Positions 10,322 to 20,299 of a stretch of DNA of 64,000 nt are shown here, in pieces; position 1 is the stretch's first letter; every line of letters begins with the position of its first letter. The position numbers and the translations under genes were made by a program. Source of the stretch: a bacterium (lineage in GTDB: Bacteria; Patescibacteriota; Patescibacteriia; Patescibacteriales; UBA12465); assembly GCA_035400585.1 (NCBI GenBank), contig DAOMZR010000002.1:15364-79363 (forward strand), written 5' to 3'. The notes below the pieces were generated by a model that searched no databases, had not been told where the DNA came from, and saw only the letters and a list, made by a program, of their open reading frames with translations.

Positions 10322-10939
10322 ATGTCAATACATTACCCAAAAATAATCGAAAATTTGACTCAACAATTATCCAAATTACCAGGAGTTGGCCGAAAAACAG
10401 CGGAGAGATATGTTTTTTATTTGATAAAACAAACACCGGCTCAAATTAGATTACTAGCCAAAGATTTGAGTGGTTTGGCTGGAAGTTTAAAATTTTGCCA
10501 AAAATGTTTGGCTATTTCTGAAAAAGATATATGTGATATATGTTCCGACGAAAAAAGATCAGACAAAACTTTGTGTGTTGTCGCCAACTTTCAGGACATG
10601 ATAAGTATTGAAAATACTAAAAATTACAATGGTAAATATTTTATATTAGATGGACTCATCAATACAATTGAAAATATTGGGCCAGAAAAATTAAACTTAA
10701 AAAAATTAGTAAAATTAACCAATGAGTTAATTAAAAAAAACAAACAAATAGAAATAATTTTGGCTTTAAGCCCAACTATTGAAGGAGAAACTACTGTTTT
10801 ATATTTAAAGAGATTACTAAATAGCCCTAAAATAAAAATAAGTAAATTAGCTCAGGGTCTTTCTACTGGAGTTAATTTAGAATATGTTGACGAAGTGACT
10901 TTATCTAACGCCTTAAAATATCGCAATGAACTGAAATAA
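10322..10939 (+). CDS. recR: Recombination protein RecR
   Basis: LSKLPGVGRKTAERYVFYL helix-hairpin-helix, C4 zinc motif CQKC..CDIC, Toprim region. Confidence 0.95.
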   Translation: MSIHYPKIIENLTQQLSKLPGVGRKTAERYVFYLIKQTPAQIRLLAKDLSGLAGSLKFCQKCLAISEKDICDICSDEKRSDKTLCVVANFQDMISIENTKNYNGKYFILDGLINTIENIGPEKLNLKKLVKLTNELIKKNKQIEIILALSPTIEGETTVLYLKRLLNSPKIKISKLAQGLSTGVNLEYVDEVTLSNALKYRNELK

Positions 10940-10950
10940 AAATTAAAATA

Positions 10951-10983
10951 AAAAAAGACCTCGTTTTAAACGAGGTCTTTTTG
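10951..10983. terminator. Bidirectional terminator between recR (+) and rplU (-)
   Basis: aaaaaagacctcg-ttttaaa-cgaggtctttttg, a perfect stem flanked by an A-run and a T-run. Confidence 0.75.
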
Positions 10984-10988
10984 TTTTA

Positions 10989-11303
10989 TTAAGAAATTTT
11001 TTCAATTTTTACCTGGCTGAATTCTTGTCTGTGTCCAATTGTCCTTTTGTATCTAGTTTTACTCTTGTATTTCACCACGGTCACCTTTTTTGCCTTTCCT
11101 TTTGAAATTACTTCACCTTCAACCTTTTCTCCTAGTGATGGCTCTCCAACCTCCAAACTACCACCATCAACATTAGAAATCATTAAAGTTTCAAATTTTA
11201 CCTTGGTTTTATCGTCAACTGGCAATTTTTCAATTTTAATTACATCGCCTTCTTTGACCTTATATTGCTTTCCGCCAGTCTTTATAACTGCTATTTTAGA
11301 CAT
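10989..11303 (-). CDS. rplU: 50S ribosomal protein L21
   Basis: MSKIAVIKTGGKQYKVKEGDVIKIEKL, canonical L21 N-terminus. Confidence 0.95.
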   Translation of the reverse strand: MSKIAVIKTGGKQYKVKEGDVIKIEKLPVDDKTKVKFETLMISNVDGGSLEVGEPSLGEKVEGEVISKGKAKKVTVVKYKSKTRYKRTIGHRQEFSQVKIEKIS

Positions 11304-11422
11304 ATTTTTCTCACTTAGTAAATTAACAAAATTATTTAATCAGAAAAATGGGAAACTTCAATTTTCTTGATTACCATACAATATTAACAAATTATATCAA
11401 ATTGTCAAATCAAACATTAAAT

Positions 11423-13762
11423 CTAGTTTAGTAACCAAATATTTCCTCCATTAATTAAAGAAAATAATCTCAAACCATCGCCCGAAGAAGCAATCGATAC
11501 CCACTTGTTGGTTGAAAAAAGAAAACTTTGTGTCCAGGTAACGCCCGAATCAGAAGAAATATAGACATAACCATCAATTCCATTATTAATTACAGCTGCT
11601 AACTTTGTCCCATCAGAAGAAGAGGTAATTGAAGTCCAATATCTTGATCCAGCAGATGTTTGAGCTGTCCAGGTTGCCCCTGAATCAGTTGAGGTATAAA
11701 TATAGTTACCACCAACCGCTGCGGCTAATTTTGTTCCATCAGAAGAAGAGGTAATTGAAGTCCAAGATCTTGATCCGGCAGATGTTCTTTCTGTCCAGGT
11801 CGCACCTGAATCAGATGAGGTATAAATATAGCCATTATTAGCTGCGGCTGCTAATTTGGTTCCGTCAGAAGAAGAGGCTACAGACATCCAATATTTAGTT
11901 GCGCCAGCAGGATTTCTTTGTGTCCAAGTAACACCTGAATCGGATGAAGTATAAATATAGTTACCACCAGTACCAGCAATCAATTTGACACCATCAGCTG
12001 ACGAAGCTAGCGAATACCAATAAACAGAATTTCCGGCAGGATCTCTTTGGGTCCAGGTAGTTCCAGAATCAGTTGAAGTATATACGTATCCATAGCCCTC
12101 ACCTATTATCAATTTTGAACCATTAGCAGAAGAAGCTAGAGCATACCAAGTTTTTGAATTATCAACTGGCATTCTTTCTGTCCAGGTTGAACCCGAGTTG
12201 GAAGAAATATAAACATATGGACCATTAACAATTGCAGCCACTTTAGTTCCATCGGTAGAAACTTTTATTTCCCTCCAACTTCTAGTTGATCCACTTGGAT
12301 TTATTTCTGTCCAAGTTGTGCCTGAATCAGTTGATTTATAAATAAAACCATTGCTGGCGACTGCTATTAAACTAGTGTTTCCTCCTAAAAAATAACCGGA
12401 ACGCCAATTTCTACTACTACCCCTAGATAACCAACTTGCACCACCATTAGTTGAAATATAAATATAATCGCCATAACATCCAGCCATCATACTATTACCA
12501 TCAGAAGAAATAGTTACAAACTCCCATTGATTAGTTCCTCCAGATGGATTTCTCTGAGTCCAAGTAGCACCAGAATCAATTGAAGTGTAAACATAGTTAC
12601 CACCGACCACAGCTGCCAATTTAGTTCCGTCAGAAGATGAAGCTACAGATAACCAATATCTACTAGATTCCCTTTGAGTCCAAGAAACACCAGAATTAGT
12701 TGAAGTATAAATATAACCATTTCCAACTACAGCAACCAATTTTGTGCCATCCGATGAAGAGGCGATAGCTCTCCAACCTCTAGAACCAGAACCAGTTTGG
12801 GCTGTCCAGGTTACACCTGAATCAGATGAAGTATAAATATAGCCACCATTAGCTGCAGCTGCTAATTTAGTGCCGTCAGCTGAAGAGGCGACCCCTTCCC
12901 AATATCTGGAACCAGCAGAGGTTCTTTCTGTCCAGGTTACACCTGAATCAGATGAAGTATAAATATAGCCACCAAACACAGAAACAATTAATTTCGTTCC
13001 ATCAACTGAAGATGCAACTTCTGAAAAACTTTTATTAAAAATTGCTGGGTTTCTTTCTACCCAAGTAACACCAGAATCAGACGAAGTATAAACATATCCA
13101 CCACTGACGCTAGCAATTATTTTTGTTCCATCTGATGAAGCGGCTACTGACCTCCAATCAGCAGGAGAAACTCCCCCAGGTATGTTTGGAGAAAAAACTC
13201 CCGACCATGAAGATGCTACACAAGTATCTTCTTCGCATTTATAACCAAGATCACAGGCAGGATCGCAAGCAGAAACCTCGCCTCCGCCCTCATCACCACC
13301 TCCTCCGGAAATCATACCACAAGAACTAGCCAAAATTCCTCCAGGAGTCAAACATTTAGCACCTTCATTTAAATCTGAAACTTGTTTGCCAGTACAAAAA
13401 GAAATTTCGTAACCAGCTCCTCCATTAGTTTGAATATATTGATAAGTATTAGAGGCCTCTAAACAATCTCCGTCAGCCGGTGTTGGAGCAATTGGAATGT
13501 TGTACATAAAAGTTTCTCCAGTAGAAGATGACACAATTGAACCGGAATTCCATTCGGCTTCGGTTGGATAACGATTGTTTTCGTTAAAAAATAATTCAAG
13601 AGCTGTTTGAAGTTGTTTCATATCAGAAACTCTTCTAGAATCTCTAGCATTTGTTCTGGCTTGTTGCAAAGCGATAACGGCTAAAGTCGCCAAAATGCCA
13701 ACAATGGCAATAACTACTAAAAGCTCTATTAAAGTAAAAGCTGTTTTTTTAGATTTAAACAT
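11423..13762 (-). CDS. Modular pilin: type IV pilin-like N-terminal module fused to ~14 BNR/Asp-box beta-propeller blades
   Basis: MFKSKKTA|[28 protein letters not shown] (class III signal, Ala at -1). Pilin head ends ..CLTPGGI, then linker GGGGDEGGGE and Cys-rich connector. Then ~14 repeats W..VASS.DGTKL.A...GGYIYTSSDSG.TWT (S-x-D-x-G-x-T-W Asp-box). Confidence 0.85.
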   Translation of the reverse strand: MFKSKKTAFTLIELLVVIAIVGILATLAVIALQQARTNARDSRRVSDMKQLQTALELFFNENNRYPTEAEWNSGSIVSSSTGETFMYNIPIAPTPADGDCLEASNTYQYIQTNGGAGYEISFCTGKQVSDLNEGAKCLTPGGILASSCGMISGGGGDEGGGEVSACDPACDLGYKCEEDTCVASSWSGVFSPNIPGGVSPADWRSVAASSDGTKIIASVSGGYVYTSSDSGVTWVERNPAIFNKSFSEVASSVDGTKLIVSVFGGYIYTSSDSGVTWTERTSAGSRYWEGVASSADGTKLAAAANGGYIYTSSDSGVTWTAQTGSGSRGWRAIASSSDGTKLVAVVGNGYIYTSTNSGVSWTQRESSRYWLSVASSSDGTKLAAVVGGNYVYTSIDSGATWTQRNPSGGTNQWEFVTISSDGNSMMAGCYGDYIYISTNGGASWLSRGSSRNWRSGYFLGGNTSLIAVASNGFIYKSTDSGTTWTEINPSGSTRSWREIKVSTDGTKVAAIVNGPYVYISSNSGSTWTERMPVDNSKTWYALASSANGSKLIIGEGYGYVYTSTDSGTTWTQRDPAGNSVYWYSLASSADGVKLIAGTGGNYIYTSSDSGVTWTQRNPAGATKYWMSVASSSDGTKLAAAANNGYIYTSSDSGATWTERTSAGSRSWTSITSSSDGTKLAAAVGGNYIYTSTDSGATWTAQTSAGSRYWTSITSSSDGTKLAAVINNGIDGYVYISSDSGVTWTQSFLFSTNKWVSIASSGDGLRLFSLINGGNIWLLN
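11426..13156 (-). repeat. In-frame tandem coding repeats (~126-135 bp unit, ~14 copies) encoding BNR blades
   Basis: Recurring YIYTSSDSGVTWT/ASSSDGTKLAA peptide units. Repeats are diverged at DNA level. Confidence 0.8.
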
Positions 13763-13791
13763 AAAGCATTATTGGTTAATTATTTTAAAAA

Positions 13792-15051
13792 TTATTCTAC
13801 CCTAACAATGTCAGCTCCTAATTTTCTAAGTCTTTCATCAATTTTTTCATATCCTCTGTCAATCTGATAAATATTATCTATCTCAGTTTGTCCTTTGGCC
13901 ATAAGAGCAGCAATCACTAGCCCTATGCCAGCTCTAATATCGGGACTAATTAATCTTTTAGCATATAACTTACTAGGTCCAATAACTACAACTCGATGCG
14001 GATCACACATTGTAATATTAGCGCCCATTTGAGATAACATATCTGTCCAAATTAAACGACGATCATAAATCGTTTCATGAATCAAAGACATGCCATTAGC
14101 TTGGGTCATTAAAACAGTATAAGGTGATTGAAGATCAGTTGGAAAACCAGGATATTCATGAGTCTGAATACTATAAGCCGATATTCCATTTGATTTTTTC
14201 ATTTTTATCCAATTTTTACCAATTTCAAATTTCACACCAATCCTTTCAAAAATAGCCAAAAGAACAGACACGTGTTCAGGGTTACAATTTTTAATTAATA
14301 TTTCAGAATTAGTAGCTGCGGCCATGATAGCAAATGACCCAGTTTCAATTCTATCGGGCATAATCTTTATTTCTCCGGCACCGATTTTTTTAACTCCATC
14401 AATTATAATTGTTGGGGTTCCGGCACCACTTATTTTAGCTCCATTTTTATTTAAGTAATCAGCTAAATATTTAATCTCTGGCTCCATAGCACAATTTCTC
14501 AAAATTGTTTTACCATCGGCCAAACAAGCAGTCATCATCAAACTTTCTGTTCCAGTTACTGATATTTTAGGAAAGAAAAAATCCATTCCTTTTAATTTTG
14601 GTGCTTCTATCCAATAATACTTGCCCGAAGCTTTTATTTTAGCCCCCATAGAAACAAAGCCATCCAAAAACAAATCGATTGGTCGACCACCAGCACCAAT
14701 AACACAACCACCCGGATGAGGAAATTTTACCTTTTTGAATCTGGCAAGCAGTGGACCAACAAACATAATTGAAGTTCTGAATTTATCAGCCAATTTATCT
14801 GGCAATTCAATAGTCTTAACATGTTTAGTTTCAATTACAGCAGTTGAATTTTTGATATCAATCTTGAAACCCAATTCTTTTATCAGTTGCAAAGACTTAT
14901 CTATATCTTCTATTTTAGGCAGATTAGTTATTTTCATTGGTTTTTCTGATAAAATTGAAGCTGGTATTACCTTGAGAGCTAAGTTCTTAGCACCTTTTAC
15001 TTCGATTTCACCAGATAAGGGTTTTTGACCATTGATAATAAATTTAGGCAT
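13792..15051 (-). CDS. murA: UDP-N-acetylglucosamine 1-carboxyvinyltransferase
   Basis: INGQKPLSGEIEVKGAKN, PGGCVIGAGGRPIDL with catalytic Cys loop, full-length EPSP-synthase-fold protein. Confidence 0.95.
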   Translation of the reverse strand: MPKFIINGQKPLSGEIEVKGAKNLALKVIPASILSEKPMKITNLPKIEDIDKSLQLIKELGFKIDIKNSTAVIETKHVKTIELPDKLADKFRTSIMFVGPLLARFKKVKFPHPGGCVIGAGGRPIDLFLDGFVSMGAKIKASGKYYWIEAPKLKGMDFFFPKISVTGTESLMMTACLADGKTILRNCAMEPEIKYLADYLNKNGAKISGAGTPTIIIDGVKKIGAGEIKIMPDRIETGSFAIMAAATNSEILIKNCNPEHVSVLLAIFERIGVKFEIGKNWIKMKKSNGISAYSIQTHEYPGFPTDLQSPYTVLMTQANGMSLIHETIYDRRLIWTDMLSQMGANITMCDPHRVVVIGPSKLYAKRLISPDIRAGIGLVIAALMAKGQTEIDNIYQIDRGYEKIDERLRKLGADIVRVE

Positions 15052-15095
15052 AAAAATATATAACTTATAAATAATATAAAAATTATAACATTATG

Positions 15096-16433
15096 TTATT
15101 GAATAAACAACTTATATAACCCTTCCTGATTAGCGATTTTGCCTGTAAAATATAAACTTCCACCATTTTTATCTAAAACTAAGTTAGAAATTTTATCAAA
15201 TGTAAATAAATTCACAATATATTTGTCATATCTAAAATCAATCGCATTTATACTCTGTCCATCAGAAAAAATAATGTATCCCTTGGGATGCCATAGCAAA
15301 CTTTTAATTTTGTTTTGGAAACGAGAAATTAAAGCGTCCTGCATTAAAGAAGTATTAAAAATTCTCAATTCAAAATCGGAATAGTATACAAAACTATTAT
15401 TATCAATAAAATTAACATCGTGAACATTTTTTAGAACTTCTCTAATTTGTGATATTTGAGAGAAAGGATCAATTAAATACAAAGAAGAAAATTTTTCTTC
15501 ATAAACAAACAAAAGGTTATTGTTTGATGGGATTATTTTATAATCACCATAGGAAGGAATTTCTATACTTTTTACTATTTTACTATCACTTATTGAATAA
15601 ACTTTAAGATAAGTGCTAACATCTGTTTTAAGCACAACAAAAACATAGCTACCTGAAAGATAATAATCAACAACACCACTTTCACTTAAAACAGTGCTAA
15701 AATTTTGTAAACCAAAAGAATAGGACGACAAAAAACCTTTGTCATTCAAAAAATACAAATTACCATTGTTGGTTTTTAGATTATAAATAGAACCAACATC
15801 ATTTTTACTAAGAACTAAACTATTCTTTTCTTTATAATTAAATATTTTTTTATTATCTATTGATAAATAATAATTATCAATAAAAGATAAATTTTTGACA
15901 TCATCACCTAAATAAATTTCCGACTCATTATCAACATTGAAAAGTTTGCCACTTTCTGTAAATATTACATGAGTTGAGTCATTGTTTATTTTAATATTTT
16001 GAACTGAGGAAGAAAAAATCATTACTGGAAGGGTTTTTTTTAATAAAATAATATCCTCAATATAAGTGGTCTGACCTGGGTTTATATAAATCTTTTTCTC
16101 AAAAGGCCAATATCCATCTAGTTCTACTTTTAAAGAATACTCCCCTGGAATTAAATTTTTAACTTTATAAGGAGTTTTTATTTTTTTATTTTTCAAAATC
16201 TCTTTTGAGCTCAAAAAACTCTTGAAATTTTTACTCAATTCTATTTCAGCTTCATGTGGTGTAGAATCAACAGCTAGTATTCCCGTTTTCTGTAGAAAAC
16301 CAAATTTATAAGATCCACCGGAAGAAGATAAAAGAATAGAATAACCACTAGCCAATAAAGAAAAATAGATAGTTAAAACTATGAACAAAAAAAGAAAAGA
16401 CCAAAAAATTATTCTTCTAACAAGATGGCTCAT
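15096..16433 (-). CDS. Membrane-anchored PEGA-domain protein with beta-propeller-like C-terminal region
   Basis: N-terminal TM. PEGA-like block ILAVDSTPHEAEIEL..TPYKVKNLIPGEYSLKVELDGYWPFEKKIYINPGQTTYI. Confidence 0.6.
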   Translation of the reverse strand: MSHLVRRIIFWSFLFLFIVLTIYFSLLASGYSILLSSSGGSYKFGFLQKTGILAVDSTPHEAEIELSKNFKSFLSSKEILKNKKIKTPYKVKNLIPGEYSLKVELDGYWPFEKKIYINPGQTTYIEDIILLKKTLPVMIFSSSVQNIKINNDSTHVIFTESGKLFNVDNESEIYLGDDVKNLSFIDNYYLSIDNKKIFNYKEKNSLVLSKNDVGSIYNLKTNNGNLYFLNDKGFLSSYSFGLQNFSTVLSESGVVDYYLSGSYVFVVLKTDVSTYLKVYSISDSKIVKSIEIPSYGDYKIIPSNNNLLFVYEEKFSSLYLIDPFSQISQIREVLKNVHDVNFIDNNSFVYYSDFELRIFNTSLMQDALISRFQNKIKSLLWHPKGYIIFSDGQSINAIDFRYDKYIVNLFTFDKISNLVLDKNGGSLYFTGKIANQEGLYKLFIQ

Positions 16434-16438
16434 ATAAA

Positions 16439-17314
16439 CTAGATATTTTTAGAAACATTTTTAATGAAATCGGCTAAATCATCTTTTATTTCTGAATCTT
16501 TTAAGCCCATTTTTATAGTGGCCTTAATAAAATTGAATTTATTTCCAGTGTCCAACCATTCCCCCTCTATTTTTTTTCCATATAAAGGATGATTTTCTGC
16601 TAACATCAAATCAAAAGCGTCGGCCAATCTTATTTCACCCGATTTACCATCTTTCATTTTATCCAAAGATCTAAAAACTTCTGGTGTTATAACATATAAA
16701 CCAACGGCTGCTAAATTTGATGGTGCTTCTTCAATCTTTGGTTTTTCGACAAATTTTTTAATTTCATAATTTCCATTACCCAAATCCAAGCCATCAATGA
16801 CACCAAATTTATCTACCTTATTTCTGTCAATTTCTGACAAACCAATTACTGGATCTTGATAATAATCGTACAAATCGATAATTTGTTTTACCGGTGAAAT
16901 TGGAGCGTCATATAAAGTATCACCAAACATAATTAAAATTGGTTCATCAAAAACTAAATGAGAAGCACAATTTATAGCATGACCGTCGCCCAAAGGAACA
17001 GATTGTCTAACATAAGAAAACTTAGCTAAAGAATCTATTTTTTTAATTTTAGCTAATAAATCTAATTTATTTTTTTCTACCAATGTGTGCTCTAATTCAA
17101 ACGAATGATCAAAATGATCTTCAATAGCTTTTTTACCCCTACCTGTTACAAAAATTATTTCTTCAATTCCAGCCGCTACTGCATCCTCCACCATATATTG
17201 AATAACTGGCTTGTCTACTACTGGTAACATTTCTTTTGGTTGAGCTTTGGTGGCTGGTAAAAATCTAGTGCCAAAACCAGCTACCGGCAAAATGGCTTTT
17301 CTAACTTTTTTCAT
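16439..17314 (-). CDS. galU: UTP--glucose-1-phosphate uridylyltransferase
   Basis: KAILPVAGFGTRFLPATKAQPKEMLPVVDKPVIQY signature. Confidence 0.95.
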   Translation of the reverse strand: MKKVRKAILPVAGFGTRFLPATKAQPKEMLPVVDKPVIQYMVEDAVAAGIEEIIFVTGRGKKAIEDHFDHSFELEHTLVEKNKLDLLAKIKKIDSLAKFSYVRQSVPLGDGHAINCASHLVFDEPILIMFGDTLYDAPISPVKQIIDLYDYYQDPVIGLSEIDRNKVDKFGVIDGLDLGNGNYEIKKFVEKPKIEEAPSNLAAVGLYVITPEVFRSLDKMKDGKSGEIRLADAFDLMLAENHPLYGKKIEGEWLDTGNKFNFIKATIKMGLKDSEIKDDLADFIKNVSKNI

Positions 17315-17384
17315 AACTTAAAATTTACTTATAATTTTAAACTTATTCACTAAAAATAATAAATGAATAAATGCAAAATTACAA

Positions 17385-18164
17385 CTATTTTTTCAAGCCC
17401 CATTTAATAAAATATTTAAACCAGGATTTAATATGTTCCCTGGTTAATTTACTTTTTACTATTCCTAAATACCAAGGTTTTTTAGCACTTTCTCGAGCAT
17501 GGTGATGAATAACTTTAGCCTCAGGAAGATAAACAACTCTTTTACCAAAATGCCAAGCTCGACGACAGACATCAATGTCTTCAAAATACATAAAAAAACG
17601 CTCATCAAAACCATCAAAACCATTCTTTCTTATAAGCAGACAAGAGCCCATAAGCCAGTCAACCTCTTTAATATAATTATGATCGAAATCTTTCATTAAA
17701 AACCAATCGAGATGTTTTTTAAAAAAGTTACCCAAGAATGTTCTTCTAAAAATAGGTGTCCAGGGCCTCGGAAAATAAGAACAAGAATATTGCAAACTTA
17801 AATCTGGATTTAAAAGCTTCGGACCAACAATGTAAACATCATTATTGCTTCTTATATAATCAAGCATTGTTTTAACGGCTGATGGCTCTAGTTCGGTGTC
17901 TGGATTTAAAATAAGAACAAAATCACCTTCAGCAACTTTAATTCCCAAGTTATTTCCACCACCCATTCCTAAATTTTTTTCACTTTTAATTAACTTAAAA
18001 TTATTAAAACCATCCAGTAGTCCATCTAAATTATCACCGGAATCATTGTCTACTAAAATAATTTCCCAACTTAAACTAGATAAATCGGACAATAAAATAG
18101 ACTCCAAACATTTTTTGGTTTTTTCTCTTGATTTATAATTAACAATTACTATTGATAAGTCCAT
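17385..18164 (-). CDS. Family 2 glycosyltransferase
   Basis: LSIVIVNYKS..., DNDSGD, NLGMGGGNN, FMYFEDIDVC (GT2 DxD/ED motifs). Confidence 0.85.
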   Translation of the reverse strand: MDLSIVIVNYKSREKTKKCLESILLSDLSSLSWEIILVDNDSGDNLDGLLDGFNNFKLIKSEKNLGMGGGNNLGIKVAEGDFVLILNPDTELEPSAVKTMLDYIRSNNDVYIVGPKLLNPDLSLQYSCSYFPRPWTPIFRRTFLGNFFKKHLDWFLMKDFDHNYIKEVDWLMGSCLLIRKNGFDGFDERFFMYFEDIDVCRRAWHFGKRVVYLPEAKVIHHHARESAKKPWYLGIVKSKLTREHIKSWFKYFIKWGLKK

Positions 18165-18172
18165 ATCTTTTT

Positions 18173-19234
18173 TTAAACATTAAACAATTTTAACAAAGAT
18201 TTAGCAAAAATAAAATAGATATTTAAGAAAAAATTAGCCAGAGATAATAGTGGACTAGAAATTTCTTGATACCATATTTTGCCAGACAACATTTTAATTA
18301 TTTTATAATCTTTTACTTTTCTTAAATGCTTTATTTTTTTTCTTTCTAAAAATATTTTTTTCCAAAAAGAAAATTTAAAGAACAAAAACCAAACACGAAT
18401 TTTCTCTTTAACCCAGCCATTTTTAAAAGAAAAATAAAAAAGACCTAATTCCATAATCACAAAAGCTGGTAAAAAAACTAATAAAGTAATTATTTTATAG
18501 TTTTTTAAAGCTGTTATAATTCGATTTTTGTCCATGAAATAGTATTTAGAAATAGAACGTGAAAATTCGTATTTATGATAAACTACTGAGTTTTTAGCTA
18601 AAACACACTTATAACCGGCAAGCCAAACACGCCAACCCAAATCTTGATCTTCGTTATACATAAAATAATCTTCATCAAATAAACCAATCTTTTTTAATAC
18701 TTCGCTTTTAAAAAGAACAGCTGCTCCTGATGGATAAAAAATATCAACACCGTCTTTGGTTATTTCTGGATTATAATTTTCATTATAACCACGACAAAAA
18801 CCAAATCCTAAAAAATGAGTATCATTTCCCAGGCTATTTATTTTTTCTTTATTTGGCCAAAGCATCAAACGAGATTGAACAACACCTATCCACTCATTAC
18901 TTTTTGCCATTTTAACCATTTCAGTAATAGTGTTTTTTTCAGAAATAGTATCCATGTTTAACAGCAGAACATAGTCAAAACCCTCGTTTAAAGCTAATTT
19001 TATGGCATCGTTATTTCCTTTGGCAAAACCATCATTGTTTTTGTTTTTAATTATTTCTGCTTCTGGAACACTTATTTTTAAATATTCAAAAGATTCTTCA
19101 GAAGTTTCATTATCAACTATATATAATTTGATTTCACCAGAAAAATCTTGATTTCTAATACTACTCAAACAATCGCTCAAATACTTTTTGGCGTAATCTT
19201 TATAGTTTATTAAAATAATAGCAACTTTATTCAT
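18173..19234 (-). CDS. Family 2 glycosyltransferase with C-terminal TM segments
   Basis: VAIILINYKD, VDNETSE, FMYNEDQDLGWR; hydrophobic C-terminal third. Confidence 0.85.
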   Translation of the reverse strand: MNKVAIILINYKDYAKKYLSDCLSSIRNQDFSGEIKLYIVDNETSEESFEYLKISVPEAEIIKNKNNDGFAKGNNDAIKLALNEGFDYVLLLNMDTISEKNTITEMVKMAKSNEWIGVVQSRLMLWPNKEKINSLGNDTHFLGFGFCRGYNENYNPEITKDGVDIFYPSGAAVLFKSEVLKKIGLFDEDYFMYNEDQDLGWRVWLAGYKCVLAKNSVVYHKYEFSRSISKYYFMDKNRIITALKNYKIITLLVFLPAFVIMELGLFYFSFKNGWVKEKIRVWFLFFKFSFWKKIFLERKKIKHLRKVKDYKIIKMLSGKIWYQEISSPLLSLANFFLNIYFIFAKSLLKLFNV

Positions 19235-19268
19235 ATTAAAATTATAGCATTTTTTTAGAAAAATAAAA

Positions 19269-19296
19269 AAAGCACCTAAATATAATGGTGCTTTTT
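19269..19296. terminator. Hairpin terminator downstream of the pilin-DUF1566 gene
   Basis: aaagcacc-taaatataat-ggtgcttt with T-runs on both strands. Confidence 0.6.
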
Positions 19297-19309
19297 TAAA
19301 ATAATAAAA

Positions 19310-20299
19310 TTATTCAGGAAACTCATCTCCACCACCCCCACTAAAACCTCCTTCTATAATAACAGATCTTACTGCCCTAACATTTTTGCTAATAGATTTA
19401 GAACTTATAGAAGGTGTTGGTAATTCACGTGCTTTTGCTTCCTTTACAAACAAAAAATTTTTAGCATAATATTCAATGCGAATATTTTCAGCTTCCAAGC
19501 TATTAGTTTCTGTGGAAGACCAATAATCAATAGTATTATAAAATCTAATATAAGACAAAAACATTCCAAGCTCATCAGAGGATGGTAAATACCAATCACT
19601 ATAACCACCACCTCGATGATTGCTGGCAATTTCAGCTGCTCCACCAGAACCACAGTTAGATAAAATAAGTTCAGTGTTTGCTTTTCCATTAGATACACTC
19701 GTAGCTCCAGCAAAAATGTTTTCACATCCCCAAGATAAAGAACCCTGATCTTCTTCAGCTGCAATTAAAACTTGAACATGACTATCATCTACAATGAGCA
19801 CACCAGAAATAATTCCACCTCCACAAAAAGTGCCAGGACCACTAAGAACATCGTCAAAAGTGCACTCCGGATCTAAAACAACATCAACCCCACCACCAGA
19901 ACCACCAGCAACAATTCCTCCTGGAGTTAATTGTTTTACTCCGGCCGGAATATCAGAAACTTGTTTGCCAGTACAAAAATCAACAACATAACTATCACCA
20001 TTCACAGAAGGAACATAGGAGTAAGTATTAGAAGCTTCTGAGCAACCACCATCAGCTGGGGTAGGAGCCGAAGGTATTGAGTGCATAAAAACTTCTCCCG
20101 TAGAAGAAGAAATAATTTGACCAGAATTCCATTCCTCTTCCGTGGGATACCTACCATTTTCATTAAAAAATAATTCCATAGCTGTTTGAACTTGTTTCAT
20201 GTCGGCCATTCTCTTGGAATCTCTAGCATTTTGTCTGGCCTGTTGCAAAGCCACCACAGCAAGAGTTGCCAAAACTCCAATAATAGCTATCACCACCAA
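19310..20299 (-). CDS. Modular pilin: pilin-like module + DUF1566-like C-terminal domain; 5' end disrupted (canonical ATG at 20337 is out of frame)
   Basis: In-frame text ..YENKKKG|[28 protein letters not shown] extends upstream of the track's TTG start to ~20341, with no ATG/GTG/TTG in frame there. Head ends QLTPGGI, linker GGSGGGVD. C-terminal GGYSDWYLPSSDELGMF..DYWSSTE..VRAVRSV matches the DUF1566 pattern as I recall it. Confidence 0.7.
   Translation of the reverse strand: MVVIAIIGVLATLAVVALQQARQNARDSKRMADMKQVQTAMELFFNENGRYPTEEEWNSGQIISSSTGEVFMHSIPSAPTPADGGCSEASNTYSYVPSVNGDSYVVDFCTGKQVSDIPAGVKQLTPGGIVAGGSGGGVDVVLDPECTFDDVLSGPGTFCGGGIISGVLIVDDSHVQVLIAAEEDQGSLSWGCENIFAGATSVSNGKANTELILSNCGSGGAAEIASNHRGGGYSDWYLPSSDELGMFLSYIRFYNTIDYWSSTETNSLEAENIRIEYYAKNFLFVKEAKARELPTPSISSKSISKNVRAVRSVIIEGGFSGGGGDEFPE

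Noticed and set aside
11426-13156. Regularly spaced repeats (also 57968-58978) considered as a possible CRISPR array or non-coding satellite.
   Set aside because: The repeats are contiguous, in frame and translate into propeller blades with no unique spacers. They are coding tandem repeats, not CRISPR.
19235-19309. A cis-encoded DGR template repeat downstream of the DUF1566-like (and FISUMP-like, 52309-52351) genes.
   Set aside because: Both downstream spacers are under 80 bp and are occupied by a terminator or the next gene's start region. No reverse transcriptase ORF exists in the window.
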